From: a bacterium
GTDB lineage: Bacteria; Patescibacteriota; Minisyncoccia; Minisyncoccales; DG-74-3
Assembly (NCBI GenBank): GCA_030603245.1
Contig: JAUVYE010000001.1
Coordinates: 1,418 to 65,417, forward strand
Reading direction: 5' to 3'
DNA: 64,000 nucleotides
Below, in pieces: positions 18,891-27,584 of this stretch; position 1 is the first letter of the stretch, and every line of letters begins with the position of its first letter. Both the position numbers and the translations under genes were made by a program. The notes below the pieces were generated by a model. That model made no database searches and had not been told where the DNA came from. It saw only the letters and a list, made by a program, of their open reading frames with translations.

Positions 18891-19014
18891 ATCTTTCTCC
18901 TCTTTTTTTGTAAAGGTCTATTTTCAGTCTAAGTATTTTAAAATTTTTGTCAATTTCAAGCCTTGCTTTTTTCAATCAATCTGATACAATATTTTAATAA
19001 TGTTTATCTATTAT

Positions 19015-19090
19015 GCCCCTGTGGTCTAATGGATATGACGCTGCGCTTCGGACGCAGAGATTGTGGGTTCGACTCCTACCAGGGGTACCA
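19015..19090 (+). tRNA. tRNA-Arg(TCG) with encoded CCA
   Basis: GCCCCTG/CAGGGGT acceptor, CTGCG-CT-TCG-GA-CGCAG anticodon arm, GGTTCGACTCC T-arm, ACCA end. Confidence 0.93.
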
Positions 19091-19102
19091 AAAAAGCGTA
19101 AA

Positions 19103-19561
19103 GTGAAAAACGTAAAGCATAAAACAAAAAGAAGAAGTCAAGTATTGTTTATAGCAACTCTTTTGCTTTTTTTGTTTTTTTGTTTAATTCCTGATTATAC
19201 TGAAGCTGGTTTAGTACCTTGTGGTCGTAGCGTAGACGATCCTAATACTCGAGACATAGATGAAACTGATTTTTGTACACTATGCCATCTTTTTATTCTT
19301 CTCAATAATATTTTCACTTACTTTTTCAAATTTATTCTGCCAGTCGTAGCTACTGGTTTAATTGCTTGGGGAGGATTTACTTTACTCATAGCTGGAGAAA
19401 GTAAAACTAAGTTTGAACAAGCAAAAAACATAATAACAGCTGCAGTAGTAGGATTAGTCATTATTTTGGCTTCCTGGATATTTTTAAATATGTTTTTATC
19501 TTCTATCGGAGTAGCTGAATGGACTAGATTGGGAAGCTGGTGGAAAATTGAATGCCCCTAA
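19103..19561 (+). CDS. CPR-type pilin-like (TrbC/VirB2-like) membrane protein
   Basis: Signal peptide, GLVPCG motif, CTLCHLF, two TM helices around AK.II..AVVGL; start moved to GTG 19103 because the ORF-track start overlaps the tRNA. Confidence 0.7.
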   Translation: MKNVKHKTKRRSQVLFIATLLLFLFFCLIPDYTEAGLVPCGRSVDDPNTRDIDETDFCTLCHLFILLNNIFTYFFKFILPVVATGLIAWGGFTLLIAGESKTKFEQAKNIITAAVVGLVIILASWIFLNMFLSSIGVAEWTRLGSWWKIECP

Positions 19562-19562
19562 G

Positions 19563-19635
19563 GCCCTCATAGCTCAATTGGCAGAGCAGTTGCCTCTTAA
19601 GCAATTGGTTTCAGGTTCGAGTCCTGATGGGGGCA
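19563..19635 (+). tRNA. tRNA-Lys(CTT), CCA not encoded
   Basis: GCCCTCA/TGGGGGC acceptor, TAGCTCAATTGGCAGAGC D-arm, GTTGC-CT-CTT-AA-GCAAT anticodon arm, GGTTCGAGTCC T-arm. Confidence 0.95.
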
Positions 19636-19654
19636 CAAAACTAAAATTAAAACT

Positions 19655-19927
19655 ATGTTAACAATTGAACAAAAAGAAAAAATCATTAAAAAATACAAAC
19701 TGCATAAATCAGACACTGGTTCTCCTGAAGTTCAGGTTGCCTTATTAAGTGATGAAATCAATCGTCTTCTTTTACATCTTAAAAAGCATAAAAAAGATCT
19801 TCATTCTAAAAGAGGACTTTTAAAAATGGTGGTAAAAAGAAGGTCTCTTTTAAATTATTTAAAAGACAAAAATACTAGAAGATACAACAGTATTATTAAA
19901 AAGGTTGGTCTAAAAACTAAAAAGTAA
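19655..19927 (+). CDS. rpsO: 30S ribosomal protein S15
   Basis: [27 protein letters not shown]. Confidence 0.97.
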   Translation: MLTIEQKEKIIKKYKLHKSDTGSPEVQVALLSDEINRLLLHLKKHKKDLHSKRGLLKMVVKRRSLLNYLKDKNTRRYNSIIKKVGLKTKK

Positions 19928-20443
19928 ATGGTAACCGCTAAACACAAAGGCCAAAGAATAGCTGTCTTAATTGACGTTCAAAACCTCTATCACTCAGCTA
20001 AAAATCTTTATCGGGCCCGAGTTAATTTCAGGGCTGTTTTAAAATTAGCAGTAGGTGACAGAAACCTTATTAGAGCTTTTGCTTATGTAATTAAAACAAA
20101 AACAGGAGAAGAAAAAGCTTTTTTTGAAGCTTTAATAAAACTTGGGATAGAAACTAGGGTGAAAGAGTTACAGGAATTTTATGGAGGATTTAAAAAGGGT
20201 GATTGGGATGTAGGAATAACTATTGATGCTATTAGGATCTCTCCATCTGTTGATACTATTGTTTTAGCTTCAGGAGATGGTGATTTTCTTCAATTGGTTG
20301 AATATTTAAAAAATCAAGGAAAAAGAGTAGAAATGATTGCTTTTGGCAGATCTTCTTCGGCAAAATTAAAAGAAGCTGTTGATGAGTTTACAGATTTGGA
20401 AAAAAATACTCGAAAATATCTTTTAAAAATATTAAAAAAATAA
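19928..20443 (+). CDS. NYN/LabA domain protein
   Basis: IDVQNL, KGDWDVGITID, LASGDGDF, GKRVE. Confidence 0.9.
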   Translation: MVTAKHKGQRIAVLIDVQNLYHSAKNLYRARVNFRAVLKLAVGDRNLIRAFAYVIKTKTGEEKAFFEALIKLGIETRVKELQEFYGGFKKGDWDVGITIDAIRISPSVDTIVLASGDGDFLQLVEYLKNQGKRVEMIAFGRSSSAKLKEAVDEFTDLEKNTRKYLLKILKK

Positions 20444-20446
20444 TTA

Positions 20447-22543
20447 ATGGAAAAATTTAAATTAAAACTTGGGGATAAAGATTTAATTGTTGAAATAAGT
20501 GATTTGGCAGAACAAGCTTCAGGTTCTTGTTTGGTTCAGTATGGAGACACCTTGGTTTTAGCTACTGCAGTTATGTCAGAACAAAAAAGAGAAGGCATAG
20601 ATTATTTTCCTTTATCAGTTAATTATGAAGAAAGACATTATGCGGCTGGAAAAATTTTGGGTTCAAGATATATGAGAAGAGAGGGAAGGCCTTCGGACGA
20701 AGCTATTTTAGCTTCTAGATTAATTGATAGGGCCATCAGACCTCTTTTTCCTAAAAGCCTTAAAAAAGACGTTCAGGTTATTATTACTTGTCTTTCCTGG
20801 GATAAAGAAAACGATCCAGATATTCTTGGCCTTTTAGCTGCATCTATTTCTCTCTTAATTTCAGATATTCCCTGGTTAGGACCAGTTGCTCCTCTTAGAA
20901 TTGGCCAGGAAAAAGAAAATTTTGTTATTAACCCCACCTATGCCCAAAGAGAGCAAAGTGATTTAGATTTAATCATTTCAGCTGTTGAGCGGAACAATGA
21001 AATCTTGATTAATATGATTGAAGCAGAAGCTAAAGAAATAGACGAAAAAACAGTTTTAAAAGCTATTGAATGGTCAAAACCTTCTCTTAAAAAATTAATT
21101 AATTTTCAAAATCAAATAGTTAAAAGGGTGGCTAAAAAGAAACAAGCTATTGAACTGGTTGATATTCAACCAAAATTACAAAAAGAAATTAAAGATTTTC
21201 TGGGAAACAAGTTTGAAAAAGCTTTAGCTCAAAAAATCAAAGAAGAGCAAGCTCAAGCAATAAAGCTTGTTAATCAAGAAGTATTAGATTTTGTGGCTGA
21301 AAAAGATCCAGAACAAAAACAAGCTGTTGTTAAAGAGTTTTTAGAACAAGAATTAAAAGATTTAATTAATCAAAATATTATTTTAAAAGAAAAAAGGCCT
21401 GATAATAGAAAATTAGATCAGGTTAGAAAAATCTCTTGTCGGGCCGGGCTTTTACCAAGAACCCATGGCTCTGGTCTTTTTTGCCGGGGTAGAACAAAAA
21501 CTCTTTCTATTCTCACTCTTGGTTCGCCAGGTGACGTTAAACTTTTTGCAAACATGGAAATGGTTGGAGAAAAGAAATTTATGCATCATTATAATTTTCC
21601 GCCATATTCAGTTGGAGAAGTAAGACCTATTAGAGGACCAGGTAGAAGAGAAATTGGACATGGTATGTTGGTTGAAAAAGCTTTAAAGCCAATTATTCCC
21701 AATTCTGAAAACTTTCCTTATACTATTAGAGTAGTTTCAGAAATCCTATCTTCTAATGGCTCAACCTCAATGGCTGCTGTTTGTGCTTCTTCTTTGGCTT
21801 TAATGGATGCTGGGGTACCAATTAAAGCCCCAGTGGCTGGAATCTCTTTGGGTTTAATAAAAAAGGGGGAAGATTACAAAATTTTAACAGATATTCAGGG
21901 GTTAGAAGATCATTATGGAAGTATGGATTTTAAAATAACTGGAACCAAAAAAGGAATTACTGCTATTCAAATGGACGTTAAAATTGATGGAATTCCAACT
22001 AAGATTTTGAAAGAAAGTTTTGCCCAGGCTCAAAAAGCAAGGTTTCAAATTTTAGACGAAATGAAAAAAACAATTTCCAAGTCAAGGCCAGAACTTTCTC
22101 CTTTTGCTCCTAGAATTTTAACTATCCAAATTAATCCCGATAAAATTAGAGATGTTATTGGAAAAGGAGGAAAAATAATTAATGAAATCATACAAGAATG
22201 TAATGTTTCAATTGATATTGAGGATACAGGTCAGGTTTTTATTACTTCAGAATCACAAGAATCAGCTCAAAAAGCAGTTGAATGGATAGAAAAACTTACC
22301 CGAGAAGCTAAGGTGGGAGAATCTTTTCAGGGAACAGTAAAAAAGATTTTAGATTTTGGAGCTTTTGTTGAAATTCTTCCTGGTCAAGAAGGGCTAATTC
22401 ATATTTCAAAACTGTCTCCGGGAAGAGTAGGAAAAGTAACTGATGTTGTCAAACTCAATGATATTGTAGAGGTTAAAGTAATTTCTATTGATGAACAAGG
22501 TAGAATAAATCTTTTGCTCAATAAGGTAATTAAAAAAGCTTAG
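20447..22543 (+). CDS. pnp: Polyribonucleotide nucleotidyltransferase (PNPase)
   Basis: RLIDRAIRPLF, HYNFPPYSVGE, RREIGHG, SNGSTSMA, KH and S1 domains. Confidence 0.97.
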   Translation: MEKFKLKLGDKDLIVEISDLAEQASGSCLVQYGDTLVLATAVMSEQKREGIDYFPLSVNYEERHYAAGKILGSRYMRREGRPSDEAILASRLIDRAIRPLFPKSLKKDVQVIITCLSWDKENDPDILGLLAASISLLISDIPWLGPVAPLRIGQEKENFVINPTYAQREQSDLDLIISAVERNNEILINMIEAEAKEIDEKTVLKAIEWSKPSLKKLINFQNQIVKRVAKKKQAIELVDIQPKLQKEIKDFLGNKFEKALAQKIKEEQAQAIKLVNQEVLDFVAEKDPEQKQAVVKEFLEQELKDLINQNIILKEKRPDNRKLDQVRKISCRAGLLPRTHGSGLFCRGRTKTLSILTLGSPGDVKLFANMEMVGEKKFMHHYNFPPYSVGEVRPIRGPGRREIGHGMLVEKALKPIIPNSENFPYTIRVVSEILSSNGSTSMAAVCASSLALMDAGVPIKAPVAGISLGLIKKGEDYKILTDIQGLEDHYGSMDFKITGTKKGITAIQMDVKIDGIPTKILKESFAQAQKARFQILDEMKKTISKSRPELSPFAPRILTIQINPDKIRDVIGKGGKIINEIIQECNVSIDIEDTGQVFITSESQESAQKAVEWIEKLTREAKVGESFQGTVKKILDFGAFVEILPGQEGLIHISKLSPGRVGKVTDVVKLNDIVEVKVISIDEQGRINLLLNKVIKKA

Positions 22544-22556
22544 AATTTAATTTTTT

Positions 22557-24440
22557 ATGCCAGAACAAAAAAAGGAAAAACTAGATTTCTTAAAAAGAGA
22601 GGAGATTAAAACAATGGCTAAAGATTTAGCTCTTTTAAGAGAATTAGAGGCTAAAAAACAGAGAGAAAAAATTGCTTCAATAAAGCTAAAAGAAGATCGT
22701 TTGGCTCAGGAAAAAAAATTAGAACAGATTCCAAAACAAGTCAAAGACAAACCTAAAAAAATATTCTCAATTTCAAAAAAACCCAAAATACCTTCTCGGT
22801 CTAAAAAAATATTAGTAAGGGGAATAATTATTCTTCTTTTTGTTTTGTTTTTGGGTGTAATTGCCTGGGTTTTTTGGCCCAAAGAAAAACCTTACATTCC
22901 TGAGTCTGAACAAGAGGTTGAAGAAGAGTTAGAAATACGAATTCCTGTTTCTTTAATTCCAATAGAAAAGACTAAAACCCCTGAGATTTCTAATGTTGAA
23001 GAAATCTCAACAATTCTTAATCAAATAATGCAGGAAGAAATAGTTCAAGGTGAATTTTTAAGAGTTGCGATTAAAAATATTGAAGAAGAAAGATTAGTTT
23101 CTTTTCAAGAACTTTCAGCTGGTCTTGGTATTGAAGTGCCTGAAGAAATGTATCAAAAAATAGATCAAGATTATACTTTGGCTTTTTATTCACAAGACAA
23201 AGAAAAAAGAGTGGTTTTAATAGCAAGGGTTAAAGAACATCAGGGCCTAATTGAGATATTAAAAAGCTGGGAAACACAAATACTTCAAAAAGGCATTGTA
23301 ATTTCAGAAGAACAGTATCCATCCTTAGCGCCCAGCTTTAAAGCTTCTTTTTATAAAGATATTGATTTTCGTTATTTAACTGTTTCAGAAGCTGATCTTG
23401 ATCTTTGTTATGCCTATTTTGATAACTATTTCTTAGTAACATCTTCTTTTGAGAGCTTTAAAAAAGTAATTGATGAAATAGAAAAACAAGAAACAAACAA
23501 TCAGATTGGTCAATTGTTTATTGTTGGTTTTGAGGGAAAAATTGTAACGCCTGAATTAGAAGAGTTTTTTAAAAAATACAAACCAGGTGGAGTGCTTTTG
23601 CTTTCTAAAAACATTGAGAGCGAAGCTCAATTAAAGAAATTAAACTCAGACTTACAAGCCCTTTCTTTAAGGGAAAGCGGATTGCCTCTTTTTATTGCTG
23701 TAGATCAAGAAGGGGGAATTATTTCCAGGGTTGATTTTTTAGAAGAGAAAACTGCTCAATCTGAAATTGAAACTACAGAACAAGCATTTTTGATTGGTCA
23801 AAAAAGAGGTGAAGCATTGAAAGAGTTGGGTATAAACCTTAATTTAGCCCCTGTTTTAGATTCTATTGAAACAGGAGATTTTCTTTTTGAGCGCTCTTTT
23901 CAAAAACCAATTGAAGAGATTGGCGAGTTAGGAAAAGCACTAATTCAAGGACAAAAAACAGCTGACATTTTAACAGCCATGAAACATTTTCCTGGATATG
24001 GAGCAATTTCTTTTCACCCAGAAGAAATTTTGGCTCGGGTTGAACAAATTCCTGAAATTTCTCAATTTAAAAAAGCAATGGAAGCCAATCCTGAATTAGT
24101 AATGACTTCAAATGTTGTTTATAAAGAAATTGATGCTTCTTTACCTTTTATTTTTTCTCCGGATGGAATTCAATTTTTAAGAAATAACTTGGGTATTAAT
24201 GTTTTAATAGTTTCTGATGACCTAGATCAAAACTCTCTTTTGAACAATTTTTCTTTAAAAGAAATGGTTGTTAAACCAATTGAAGCTGGAGTTGATATTA
24301 TGATTTTTTCTGGTTGGCGAAGTTCAGTAGAACAAGCATTAGAAGCATTTTTATCAGCGTTTGAAATTGGTGAAATTTCAGAAACAAGTGTTAATAATGC
24401 TGTTTCAAAGATTATTAACTTTAAACAAGACAATCTTTAA
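22557..24440 (+). CDS. Membrane-anchored protein with C-terminal GH3 (NagZ-like beta-N-acetylhexosaminidase) domain
   Basis: IGQLFIVGF, IAVDQEGG, NLNLAPVLD, KHFPG, VSDDL; single TM at about aa 86-107. Confidence 0.8.
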   Translation: MPEQKKEKLDFLKREEIKTMAKDLALLRELEAKKQREKIASIKLKEDRLAQEKKLEQIPKQVKDKPKKIFSISKKPKIPSRSKKILVRGIIILLFVLFLGVIAWVFWPKEKPYIPESEQEVEEELEIRIPVSLIPIEKTKTPEISNVEEISTILNQIMQEEIVQGEFLRVAIKNIEEERLVSFQELSAGLGIEVPEEMYQKIDQDYTLAFYSQDKEKRVVLIARVKEHQGLIEILKSWETQILQKGIVISEEQYPSLAPSFKASFYKDIDFRYLTVSEADLDLCYAYFDNYFLVTSSFESFKKVIDEIEKQETNNQIGQLFIVGFEGKIVTPELEEFFKKYKPGGVLLLSKNIESEAQLKKLNSDLQALSLRESGLPLFIAVDQEGGIISRVDFLEEKTAQSEIETTEQAFLIGQKRGEALKELGINLNLAPVLDSIETGDFLFERSFQKPIEEIGELGKALIQGQKTADILTAMKHFPGYGAISFHPEEILARVEQIPEISQFKKAMEANPELVMTSNVVYKEIDASLPFIFSPDGIQFLRNNLGINVLIVSDDLDQNSLLNNFSLKEMVVKPIEAGVDIMIFSGWRSSVEQALEAFLSAFEIGEISETSVNNAVSKIINFKQDNL

Positions 24441-24444
24441 AAAT

Positions 24445-24813
24445 ATGGATAAAAAATTAATTCAAGAATTAAAAAACAATTTAGAAAAAGAAAAGGACAA
24501 ATTAGAAAAAATACTTGGCTCTTTTGCTCAAAAAGATGAAAAAGTGCCCGGGGACTGGGATACAAAATTTCCTTCTATGGGCCAGGGATCTGAAGGAGTT
24601 GATTTAGAAAGAGAGGCTGATGAGGTAGAAAAATACAGCACTCTTTTGCCAATTGAGCACAGCTTGGAAAAAAGACTTAAGAATGTGGATTTAGCTCTGG
24701 AAAATATTAAAAAAGGAAAATACGGGATTTGTGAAAAATGCAAAAAACCAATTAGCATTCAAAGATTAAAGGTTTCTCCCGAAGCAAGGATTTGTTTAAA
24801 GTGTAAAAATTAA
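24445..24813 (+). CDS. DksA/TraR C4-type zinc finger protein
   Basis: AL..I..GKYGICEKC...I...RL...PEARICLKC. Confidence 0.88.
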   Translation: MDKKLIQELKNNLEKEKDKLEKILGSFAQKDEKVPGDWDTKFPSMGQGSEGVDLEREADEVEKYSTLLPIEHSLEKRLKNVDLALENIKKGKYGICEKCKKPISIQRLKVSPEARICLKCKN

Positions 24814-24826
24814 TTCTAAAAAACAT

Positions 24827-25012
24827 ATGTCAGACGAAATTAAACGTGCAATCAATAATTTAAAAGATGATTTAAAAAGAGAAGTGTCTAAATCAATTGA
24901 CATGCTTTACAATATTCAATCTCGGCTTGAAAGATTAGAAGAAGAATCAAAAAGAGAATTAAAGAATATAAAATACACCCTTAAAGACATTAAAGATAAG
25001 ATTAATAAATAG
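24827..25012 (+). CDS. Small coiled-coil hypothetical protein
   Basis: 61-aa ATG ORF in operon position with heptad pattern, followed by a terminator. Confidence 0.55.
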   Translation: MSDEIKRAINNLKDDLKREVSKSIDMLYNIQSRLERLEEESKRELKNIKYTLKDIKDKINK

Positions 25013-25027
25013 GATTTTCTGAAAACT

Positions 25028-25054
25028 AAAAACCGCTTTTTAATGCGGTTTTTT
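25028..25054. terminator. Bidirectional intrinsic terminator
   Basis: AAAAACCGC...GCGGTTTTT between convergent genes. Confidence 0.7.
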
Positions 25055-25070
25055 AATAATCAGTAATTAT

Positions 25071-26102
25071 TTATTGAGCGAATGGGTTTCGAGCTCCGCT
25101 TACTCCAAAATGAACGTGACAACCAGTAGATAATCCTGAACCAGGCATACCCCATCCACCACCCATTAAAGCAATACGATCACCCTGAGAAACTTTCTGT
25201 CCAACATTAACCAAGCTTTTAGCAATATGTCCATACATTGTTACAACTCCATTAGGATGTAAAATTTTAATATAGTTCCCCGCTCCTCCAAAAGCCCATT
25301 TAGAAGTAGAAGTGGTTAATTTTACTCTTAAAACCTCGCCTCCTGCAGCAGCATAAATTAGCTCATTGCATTTACCGTGACTAAAGTCAATTGCATTATA
25401 CCAGTGAAGTCCTTGAGTAATTCTGCACGGCAAAGCAATCGGACAAATAAAATAACTGGAGGCTAAAGGAACATATTGGGACACATAAAGAACAGATGGC
25501 GCAGGCATTATTCCATTAGGAATAACAAGAATATCACCAATAAAAATATCTCCTTCTGAGGAAAGACTATTAAATGCTATAATTTCTGATGTTTTTCCTT
25601 TATAAGTTTGAGCAATGTTTGAAATTATGTCTCCACTCTTAACATGATAAATCACTCCTGAAATTGGAGGAATAATCAGTTTTTTACCAAGTCTCAAAAC
25701 TGTATTTTCATTTAAATCATTAGCCCAAAGCAAACTCTTTAAAGAAATCTTAAATCTTCGGGCAATTGTTGAAAGATTGTCGCCAGACTCAACAACATAT
25801 TCAATAATTCCTTGTCTAATTTCTGACAAATCTACAGAACCAACCAAAGCTCCTAAAACCTGAGGGGACAGAGTGGTTGGAGGCAGAGAGGCTTTTAAAC
25901 TGTTTCTTTGAATTAAAAGAAAATCTGGGGATTCTAAAGAAAACTTGTTTGATGGACCTAAAAACAAATCATGTTGGCTTTTAACCTCAAAATTCTCCAT
26001 TGTAATTGGAGAATCATTGCCCAAAAGAATCAAAGATATCAATCCTAATAAGATAATCGCACTTGTGAAAATCTTTTTTCGCGACATATTTGAACTAAAC
26101 AT
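25071..26102 (-). CDS. LysM-LysM-M23 peptidoglycan endopeptidase
   Basis: Two LysM domains (YVVESGDNLSTIA, YHVKSGD), HWYNAID, YGH, TGCHVHF. Confidence 0.9.
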   Translation of the reverse strand: MFSSNMSRKKIFTSAIILLGLISLILLGNDSPITMENFEVKSQHDLFLGPSNKFSLESPDFLLIQRNSLKASLPPTTLSPQVLGALVGSVDLSEIRQGIIEYVVESGDNLSTIARRFKISLKSLLWANDLNENTVLRLGKKLIIPPISGVIYHVKSGDIISNIAQTYKGKTSEIIAFNSLSSEGDIFIGDILVIPNGIMPAPSVLYVSQYVPLASSYFICPIALPCRITQGLHWYNAIDFSHGKCNELIYAAAGGEVLRVKLTTSTSKWAFGGAGNYIKILHPNGVVTMYGHIAKSLVNVGQKVSQGDRIALMGGGWGMPGSGLSTGCHVHFGVSGARNPFAQ

Positions 26103-26220
26103 TGACCCTTTTAGGTCTAACTTTAGGATATCTTAGCAAGACTAAAAGTCAAGTGGATAAAAAAAAGCCAGAAATAATTCTGACATTGTGGTTAGGAGTT
26201 GAAAGTTAGTTCTTTCATCA

Positions 26221-26652
26221 TTATTCTTTCATCCTCTCTTTTATTTCCCCTAAAAGATCTTTTACGTCCTCTAGTGTTGTGGTTCTTCCTCCTGATCCTC
26301 CCTCGAAGCCCATTTCAAGAGAAAACATCACTATTCCTATTCCTATCCAGAATAACGATAGAAAGATTCCCTGTTCATATGATAGGCCAAAATCAAAGAG
26401 TTGAAAACAGAATAGACCGAATATTGTAAATCCTGTCCAGATTGCGGAGAGATTACCAAACAATGCTACCCCAATACATATTATGATGCTTAACGGAAGA
26501 AGCATCCTGATTCTTTCTGGGGCAAGAGTCCAAGTAGTCTCAATAAAATCTGATTTGATGGGACGGTCCATCACATACACAGAAACAATGGTTGCTAACA
26601 AAGCAATCCATACTCCTATCAACTTTCTTTTTTCTTCAGAACTAATTTCCAA
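26221..26652 (-). CDS. Hypothetical membrane protein (about 4 TM)
   Basis: Hydrophobic 143-aa ORF with GGA..TG upstream; no recognised motif. Confidence 0.55.
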   Translation of the reverse strand: MEISSEEKRKLIGVWIALLATIVSVYVMDRPIKSDFIETTWTLAPERIRMLLPLSIIICIGVALFGNLSAIWTGFTIFGLFCFQLFDFGLSYEQGIFLSLFWIGIGIVMFSLEMGFEGGSGGRTTTLEDVKDLLGEIKERMKE

Positions 26653-26759
26653 AGAACATCACATCCTCTAATTAAATAATAAAATGTTTCTAATAAAAAG
26701 TCAAGGGAAGGGTTCTAATGATAAGCATCACAATTTCTGTGATAGAATAAAATATATTT

Positions 26760-27584
26760 ATGAATCTCATATCAAAAAGTGTAGTTAAACAAGTTTTAGA
26801 CAAATACCAAGTTAGACCTTTAAAAAGATTGGGGCAGAATTTTTTAGTTAATAAAAAAGCTCTCAATGATTTTATTAATGCTTGTGATTTGAGAAAAAGT
26901 GATGTTGTTTTGGAAATTGGCCCTGGACTTGGAACAATAACTCAAGAAATAGCCAAAAAAGTAAAAACAGTTATTGCAATAGAAAAAGACAAGAAAATGT
27001 GCGAAATCATGAAAGAAACATTATCTGATTTAAATAATATAGAAATAATTAATCAAGATGTGTTGAAAATTTTCAATTCCCAATTTTCAATTTCCAATTA
27101 TAAAGTAGTAGGAAATCTTCCTTTTTATATCACAGCGCCTGTTATTAGAAAATTCTTAGAAACCAAAAATCAACCAAAAGAAATGATTTTCATGATTCAA
27201 AAAGAAGTAGGGCAAAGAATTTGTGCAAAGCCGCCGAAAATGAGTCTTTTAGCTGTATCAGTTCAATTTTATGCTAAGCCAAAAATTGTTTCGTATCTTC
27301 CAAAAAATTCTTTTTGGCCTCAACCAAAAGTAAACTCAACTATTATTAAAATAATTCCTCAAAAACAAACTATTGTTAATGCAAAATTATTTTTTGAGGT
27401 TGTAAAAGCAGGATTCGCTCATCCCAGAAAACAATTAAGAAACAATCTTTCAAAACGATTAAAAATGAACAAAGAAAAAACTGAACAATGGCTTTTGAGA
27501 AACAATATTCAGCCCAATCAAAGAGCAGAAACTTTAAAAGTTCAAGATTGGATAAATCTCACAAAAACAATTAAAATGAATTAA
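26760..27584 (+). CDS. rsmA: 16S rRNA m6,2A dimethyltransferase
   Basis: LGQNFL, VLEIGPGLG, VVGNLPFYI, QKEV. Confidence 0.95.
   Translation: MNLISKSVVKQVLDKYQVRPLKRLGQNFLVNKKALNDFINACDLRKSDVVLEIGPGLGTITQEIAKKVKTVIAIEKDKKMCEIMKETLSDLNNIEIINQDVLKIFNSQFSISNYKVVGNLPFYITAPVIRKFLETKNQPKEMIFMIQKEVGQRICAKPPKMSLLAVSVQFYAKPKIVSYLPKNSFWPQPKVNSTIIKIIPQKQTIVNAKLFFEVVKAGFAHPRKQLRNNLSKRLKMNKEKTEQWLLRNNIQPNQRAETLKVQDWINLTKTIKMN

Noticed and set aside
19013-19102. N-terminal 30 codons of the ORF-track protein 19013..19561
   Set aside because: They overlap tRNA-Arg(TCG) at 19015-19090; the real start is downstream (GTG 19103 or later)
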